Shown here: piece by piece, positions 59,064 to 64,000 of the stretch
Position numbering within the stretch: position 1 is the first letter of the stretch
How the letters are laid out: the number at the start of each line of letters is the position of its first letter
NCBI GenBank assembly: GCA_963703285.1
Contig: OY969807.1
Span: 1,152,001-1,216,000, forward strand
DNA length: 64,000 nucleotides
From: an uncultured Nitrososphaerota archaeon
Lineage (GTDB): Archaea > Thermoproteota > Nitrososphaeria > Nitrososphaerales > Gagatemarchaeaceae
Reading direction: 5' to 3'
Program-made: the position numbers and the translations under genes
The notes under the pieces: generated by a model
Told to the model about the DNA's origin: nothing
What the model saw: only the letters and a program-made list of their open reading frames with translations
The model's database searches: none

Positions 59064-59264
59064 CAACAAGAACGGTAAACCCGAGGGGCCTGGACCCGCG
59101 AAAGCGGGGACCTCCCCTCACCGCTCTCTTTCTCAGACGCGATTACCAATGCGAAGGGAATCTGGCTCGTGGGCGGTAATGATTTGTTCCATCTTTAGTT
59201 TAGTTACCTGGATTCGGCCGCTGGCACGGGGAAATGTCAAGCGGCAGAGGAGTGAGTGATTGCG

Positions 59265-60476
59265 GTGAGCTTCCTAGCGGCAAGAGAACTCGAGGAAGAT
59301 GCGAGGAAGTATGCCAGCGAAGCCATCCATTTCGACTCCCAGGGGGCCCACGGCACGGCGATTCAGATGTACCAGAAGGCAATCTCCGCACTGATTACGC
59401 TCGTCCGTCTATATCCTGATTACAAACTTAACAGGTACTACCTGGACAAGGCGGGAATCTATCAGGAGAGGGTGAAGGCCATCCAGCAGGCCCACGGTCT
59501 TCTCCCGCAGGACACACCGGCCGAGGGGGCAACCTTTCCAGTGTTCGCACCGAGCGCAGGCGGAGACGGCTCAGGCGACCAACAGATGGTTCCGCAACTC
59601 AAGGCCTCGTTCCACGAGTTGGTGATGAAAGAGAAGCCCAACGTAACGTGGGACGATGTCATCGGGCTGGACGACGCCAAGAGGGCAATTCGAGAGTCAA
59701 TCGTCTTCCCGTTCGAGAGGCCCGACCTCTTCCCTCTGGGCTGGCCGCGTGGAATCCTGCTTTATGGGCCTCCGGGCTGCGGGAAAACCATGCTCGCAGC
59801 TGCCACTGCAGCCGAGATAGACGGTTATTTCATCTCGATCGACGCGGCAACAATAATGTCAAAGTGGCTTGGAGAGGCCGAGAAGAACGTCGCGAAGCTC
59901 TTCACCGAGGCAAGGAAGCTGCTTGACAAGGGCAACCCGGTGATCATCTTCATTGATGAGCTCGATTCCCTCCTGGGAACTCGATCGAACGAAGTGGGAG
60001 GGGAGAGCAGGGTCAGGAACCAGTTCCTGAAGGAGATGGATGGAATCCAGGACAAGGGAAAGAACGTGCACCTTTACACCGTTGGAGCCACCAACAAACC
60101 ATGGTCGCTCGACTGGCCCTTCCTGCGCAGGTTCGAGAAGAGGATCTACATCCCGCTTCCGAACTTCGACGGTAGAATCTCCATGTTCAAGGAGTACACC
60201 GCCCCGATAAACGTGGACGGCGGCATAAACTTGGATGACCTCTCGAAAATCTCTGAGGGCTATTCCGGTTCCGACATGCGAGACATCTGCCAGGGAGGGC
60301 AGCTGAGAGTGGTCCGTGAACTCTTCGAGAGCGGGAAGGCCCTCGACAAGAGCGTTCAGCCCAGGCCAATCATGATGAACGACTTTAAGGAGATAATGAA
60401 GGTTCGCAGGCCGAGTGTCTCGCCAGAAATGCTACGTGCGTACGCGAACTGGGCGGAGCAGTACAAGGCCCTGTAG
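59265..60476 (+). CDS. cdvC: Vps4-like AAA+ ATPase CdvC
   Basis: N-terminal MIT domain, GPPGCGKT, SKWLGE, IFIDE, ATNKPW, RRFEKRIYIPLP. Confidence 0.93.
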   Translation: MSFLAARELEEDARKYASEAIHFDSQGAHGTAIQMYQKAISALITLVRLYPDYKLNRYYLDKAGIYQERVKAIQQAHGLLPQDTPAEGATFPVFAPSAGGDGSGDQQMVPQLKASFHELVMKEKPNVTWDDVIGLDDAKRAIRESIVFPFERPDLFPLGWPRGILLYGPPGCGKTMLAAATAAEIDGYFISIDAATIMSKWLGEAEKNVAKLFTEARKLLDKGNPVIIFIDELDSLLGTRSNEVGGESRVRNQFLKEMDGIQDKGKNVHLYTVGATNKPWSLDWPFLRRFEKRIYIPLPNFDGRISMFKEYTAPINVDGGINLDDLSKISEGYSGSDMRDICQGGQLRVVRELFESGKALDKSVQPRPIMMNDFKEIMKVRRPSVSPEMLRAYANWAEQYKAL

Positions 60477-60604
60477 ACTTCGACCTTCAAGACGCCCACA
60501 GCGCGGCGAGGCTCTGGATGAGATTAACTTCCATTGAGTTAATTCGACTCGGAACAGAAGGATGCTCCACTATCTACTTACTTTTCCACAATTTATCTAT
60601 TCCA

Positions 60605-60763
60605 TCATCGCTTCTCGAACCGTGTCTTACAGTAGTTGATACGGCGTAATGGGCCGGAATGGCCCCGATAACTTTTCGGGTCATACAACGCTTCATCGGC
60701 GCACAAGATGCATCTCAAACGATCCTCAAACCTTGAAGAGCGATCAGAATACTGTCCTGCCAT
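60605..60763 (-). CDS. 52-aa putative Zn-finger-like microprotein (not in ORF track)
   Basis: MAGQYSD...RCILCADEALY...INYCKTRFEKR; CTTAAG box 25-30 nt upstream. Confidence 0.45.
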   Translation of the reverse strand: MAGQYSDRSSRFEDRLRCILCADEALYDPKSYRGHSGPLRRINYCKTRFEKR

Positions 60764-60982
60764 GACCTAGAGGTTGTATGCAAGAATCTTAAGTGCGGAG
60801 CTGAGGACACTTCCGAATCGCAAACCGACGAGAAATCATGCAGAATCGAAATGATAGGCAGCGTTTCCGAAAGACATCGTGTGCGGCAAGTACCTTGTAC
60901 AACAAGGAGGACTACTTCAGCAGGTAGTCTTGCGACCCATACTCGAAGACATAATTATGGCGCTACGACCTCGTCGCCGAAG

Positions 60983-61144
60983 ATGTCTGATTACGCGTCA
61001 GGAGAAGAGAAACTGAGGAAGCTATACGACCAAGCGCGCGTACAAGGAAATAAGAAGAAGAAAAAGGAATACAAGGAAAAGATTGCCGAACTAAACCGAC
61101 TCCGCAAGTCCGATCAGCGAGAAAGTAATAGATCGAAAAGCTAG
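60983..61144 (+). CDS. Small basic helical protein
   Basis: MSDYASGEEKLRKLYDQARVQGNKKKKKEYKEKIAELNR...; ATAATTAT box upstream. Confidence 0.55.
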   Translation: MSDYASGEEKLRKLYDQARVQGNKKKKKEYKEKIAELNRLRKSDQRESNRSKS

Positions 61145-61304
61145 GGTTTCCTGGCACTTTTCTTCTTTCGTTAGTTCAGAATCAAGGTGGTGTGAAGTCT
61201 GCGGTTGATGTATGCGCAGAGGATACGCTCGACCAACCGAAGATTTGACTGAGCTGCTTGGCTGACTGCAAACAATTTAAGCAAGGGTGGAGATCTTCAG
61301 CTAC

Positions 61305-61361
61305 ATGGCGAAGTCGAAGACGGTCAAGAAGAAGGCCGTCAAGAAAAAGACAACAGCATAA
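61305..61361 (+). CDS. 18-aa lysine-rich micropeptide (not in ORF track)
   Basis: MAKSKTVKKKAVKKKTTA; TTTAAG box at 61276-61281; hairpin plus T tract downstream (about 61440-61465). Confidence 0.5.
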   Translation: MAKSKTVKKKAVKKKTTA

Positions 61362-61554
61362 GGCGGCCCCGGCCTCGCCTCAACCTGCAACCAAACAAGG
61401 CCCTCCTCAGGCGAGTGCAACGACATCCCGGGGTTGAGAGCAGAGGGGTCCGCCTCCTGCTTTTGTTAGCTAGAAGAAGCGGCATAGGTCAGCTAATCGA
61501 ACTGAATATGGCTGAAGAACAGGGCATGCTGGAGTCAGGAATTGGTTAAATCCG

Positions 61555-61863
61555 CTATTCTTCCAGATGCATCTGAACCACTCGGTCCACCTGCTTCCCC
61601 GCCTTGGTCATCTTGAACTCTATCAAAAATATGGCTTTACGCACAGGAATTGAGTGGTGAGAAGTCGTACGTACTTCGCGCTCCGTCTCTCCTCGATATG
61701 TCACCTTGACCCCCTGCTTGGTCTTAGTCTTGCCCTTCGACCTTACGGCTGCTAGACAGAGATCGTAGAGGGTTCCTTTCGAAAAACCCAGTCTTTGATC
61801 AAGATATTCGAGGTAGCCCTTCGAACCGAGGTGTCCCTCCATTGCGCCGGAGCGGAGACTCAA
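61555..61863 (-). CDS. Hypothetical protein
   Basis: About 95-102-aa ORF with protein-like composition. Confidence 0.55.
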   Translation of the reverse strand: MSLRSGAMEGHLGSKGYLEYLDQRLGFSKGTLYDLCLAAVRSKGKTKTKQGVKVTYRGETEREVRTTSHHSIPVRKAIFLIEFKMTKAGKQVDRVVQMHLEE

Positions 61864-62342
61864 TTACTCCACCCGACCTTGCCAATCAGTTCAGGCTCAC
61901 TTCTGAACTTCGAGAGACTAGTTGGCCGTTGGCGGACCCGTTGCCAGCTTCAGTGACCTTGACTTTCAAGCGTTCACCCGCTATGGCTCCCGCGACGAAT
62001 GTGCCATGACCCTGAACTCCGGCTACTCCCATCGGCCGTCGCTTATTTCAGAGAGCGAAACGTCATACACGCTGCCTACCCCAACGGGCTTCGCTCGACC
62101 AACCCCAAAGTCACCACGGTCATATCGTCCATGCCTGTAGCCCGTTATGTTTCGACACCTACAGTCTGATTTTTGAGCATGAGCATATCAACATTTTCCT
62201 CCTGCGTGACGTGAACCGATCTCACATAGACGATTATTTCATTACGCTCATGTGACTGATTAGTAGGATGAATCCGATTTACCAGATTGTCACCGATTGT
62301 TGTCTTTTTCGTTGATAGGCGCATCGTAGCCATCGACGTTTC

Positions 62343-62663
62343 ATGGACGTCCCGCTCCCAATGTGCGAAGACTGCCACGTCTCGATGAAGGTGCTTGATC
62401 TTCGGGTCGCGACGAATGAAGAAACCTGCGAGGGGTACGGTCTGGCCCTGATGGAGTGCCCCTCGTGCCTCGCTCAGGAGGAGAGAAGGGTTGCTCTCTT
62501 CGAAGACGCCCTACTGGTGGCGGCCAAGAGGATCGACCGCGTGAGGAAGTTCGTCGAGGAGTTCGGCCTCGTTGCGACGTTCGAGCCCAAAGAGAGCGAC
62601 CGCCCTCGCCGCCCTGTCCATCGCACGAGTCCTCCTGAGGAACTGGTACTGAGAGCAGTATAG
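62343..62663 (+). CDS. Zn-finger passenger ORF inside the IS
   Basis: CEDC...CPSC; convergent with and overlapping the transposase 3' end. Confidence 0.55.
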   Translation: MDVPLPMCEDCHVSMKVLDLRVATNEETCEGYGLALMECPSCLAQEERRVALFEDALLVAAKRIDRVRKFVEEFGLVATFEPKESDRPRRPVHRTSPPEELVLRAV

Positions 62664-63460
62664 GAAGAGCTTCTCCTTCGACACTCCCCTGAACACAGAG
62701 AGCCATGGCCTCAGTACCGAGAACTCACCTTCTATCGTGTTTGTGTGAACGACTCCCCTTGCATACTCGCCTGCGCTGTGGTTGACAGACTCGTGCCTGT
62801 ACACCCCGTCCAGAATCCCATAGGGACGGTAGTCGTCATGGTAGACCACTGCGCCTGTATCGACGTTCTTCACTATCCTCCGGAGGAGGTCTTCGCCTGT
62901 GACGTTCGTCGAAGGCACGATGACGACGTCGCCGGTCTCCCTCGATACCATGCCGATGAGAGGGGGCTTGTCTTTCTGGTAGGTCCCCCTCCCTCTCGCC
63001 TTCAGCGCGGTCCTTCTCCCGTGATGCCTGTCCTTCCTTTTTTCCCTTTGAGGCCAGCCGTGACGTAGAGCTCGTCGATCTCGACGGTGCCCTTGAGCTT
63101 CTTTGCCATCTGTCCTGCGTAGACGCTGCCCCTGATCTTCTTGGCCATGTAGTAGGCGTGCCTGTACGAGACCCTGATCGTCTTCGAGATCTCGAGGACA
63201 GAGACCTTGAACTGCATCATGAAAGCCATCATGAACCACTTGCGGAGGGGGACCTTGGTGTCCTGGAATATCGTCCCGCTCCTGTCGTTGAACCCAAAGT
63301 TGCACGCCTTGCACCAGTACATCTGGTAGCGCCCTCTCACGCCGTCCTTCACCACCCCATCAGATCCGCACCTAGGGCAGGTGACACCATCGGGCCATCT
63401 CATCTCCCTTAGCGTTGAGATGCACTCCTCCTCACGAGGCATGAATGAGCCGATGTTCAT
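62511..63460 (-). CDS. IS1595/ISXO2-like DDE transposase (frameshift at A6 run 63038-63043)
   Basis: Zn ribbon CPRC..CKAC, EIDELY, HDDYRPY and HTNTIEG split across two frames. Confidence 0.88.
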
Positions 63461-63620
63461 ATCAGCAGGACAATAGACGGTGAACCGCAGTCAGTAAGCG
63501 CCCACGATAAGATTGCCAGACAAAGATGTGAAATCCTACTAATCAGTCACATGAGCGTAAAACCGAATAGGTACGGGACAATCGATATATACATTATAAA
63601 AGTCCGCGCATCCGACTTAA

Positions 63621-64000
63621 ATGAAGACGAACAAGGACAAAAGGAAATCTCCCTCTGCTTCTCAAGCTGACAAGAAGATTGTAAAGCCTGTCGAAGCGAC
63701 GGGCGGACCACTTCAAGATGTCGCGAACGCCAAGGTTACCAGGCGCGCCCTGATAAAAGGCACTGCTGCGGTGGCGGCGGTGGTGGGCGTTTCTGCTGCC
63801 AGCATAAAGATGGGACCAGCACCGAAGGAGCAGACGTCTTCATCTTCCGTTACATCAACCTTCACCTACGGCCAGTACACCGAGACCAATACCGCAACGG
63901 CTCCATCGTCTCCTCCACTGACGACCACGGACCCGTTCGGGGAGCAGACGATCACACTCAACGTGAACGGCAAGACCTACAACGTCAACGTGTGGCCGAG
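63621..64000 (+). CDS. Tat-exported protein, probably a [2Fe-2S] small subunit of a xanthine/aldehyde oxidoreductase (partial)
   Basis: TRRALIKG twin-arginine signal, S/T linker, then ITLNVNGKTYNV; runs off the window end before any Cys motif. Confidence 0.6.
   Translation, partial: MKTNKDKRKSPSASQADKKIVKPVEATGGPLQDVANAKVTRRALIKGTAAVAAVVGVSAASIKMGPAPKEQTSSSSVTSTFTYGQYTETNTATAPSSPPLTTTDPFGEQTITLNVNGKTYNVNVWP

Larger units (their letters stand above)
62245..63557 (-). mobile_element. IS1595-family insertion sequence (ISH4-like ends)
   Basis: Perfect inverted repeats 62242-62269 and 63533-63560 (core CGCTCATGTGACTGATTAGTAGGAT) enclosing a transposase. Confidence 0.88.

Noticed and set aside
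62145-63594. 44-aa ORF (MYISIVPYLFGFNEIIVYV...) restored by removing the IS and one TA
   Set aside because: A one-in-three chance of being in frame, no recognisable motif, and the ATG abuts a TATA-like box.

Overview
GC-rich archaeal chromosomal segment. Many genes have a TATA-like box about 25 nt before the start codon, suggesting leaderless transcripts. The ESCRT-III (CdvB) and Vps4 (CdvC) sequences look thaumarchaeal, so the host is probably a Nitrososphaerota lineage (inference). Most of the window is a patchwork of accessory genes: two AbrB/VapC toxin-antitoxin pairs, MFS, ABC, APC, Nramp, ClC and K-channel-type transporters, several regulators with visible operator palindromes, a tryptophanase/TPL-family lyase, a HerA-like ATPase, a site-2 protease and secreted beta-propeller proteins. 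From about 53.1 kb the sequence becomes more AT-rich. It holds a tRNA-Gly 3'-end remnant, a divergent HEPN-motif plus PD-(D/E)XK-like gene pair (candidate defence cassette), a cdvB-cdvC pair flanked by unannotated Zn-finger and basic microproteins, and an IS1595/ISH4-type element. Four single-base frameshifts (three in homopolymer runs) may be assembly errors. No rRNA, intact tRNA or CRISPR array was seen. All family calls come from motif recognition by eye; no database searches were run.
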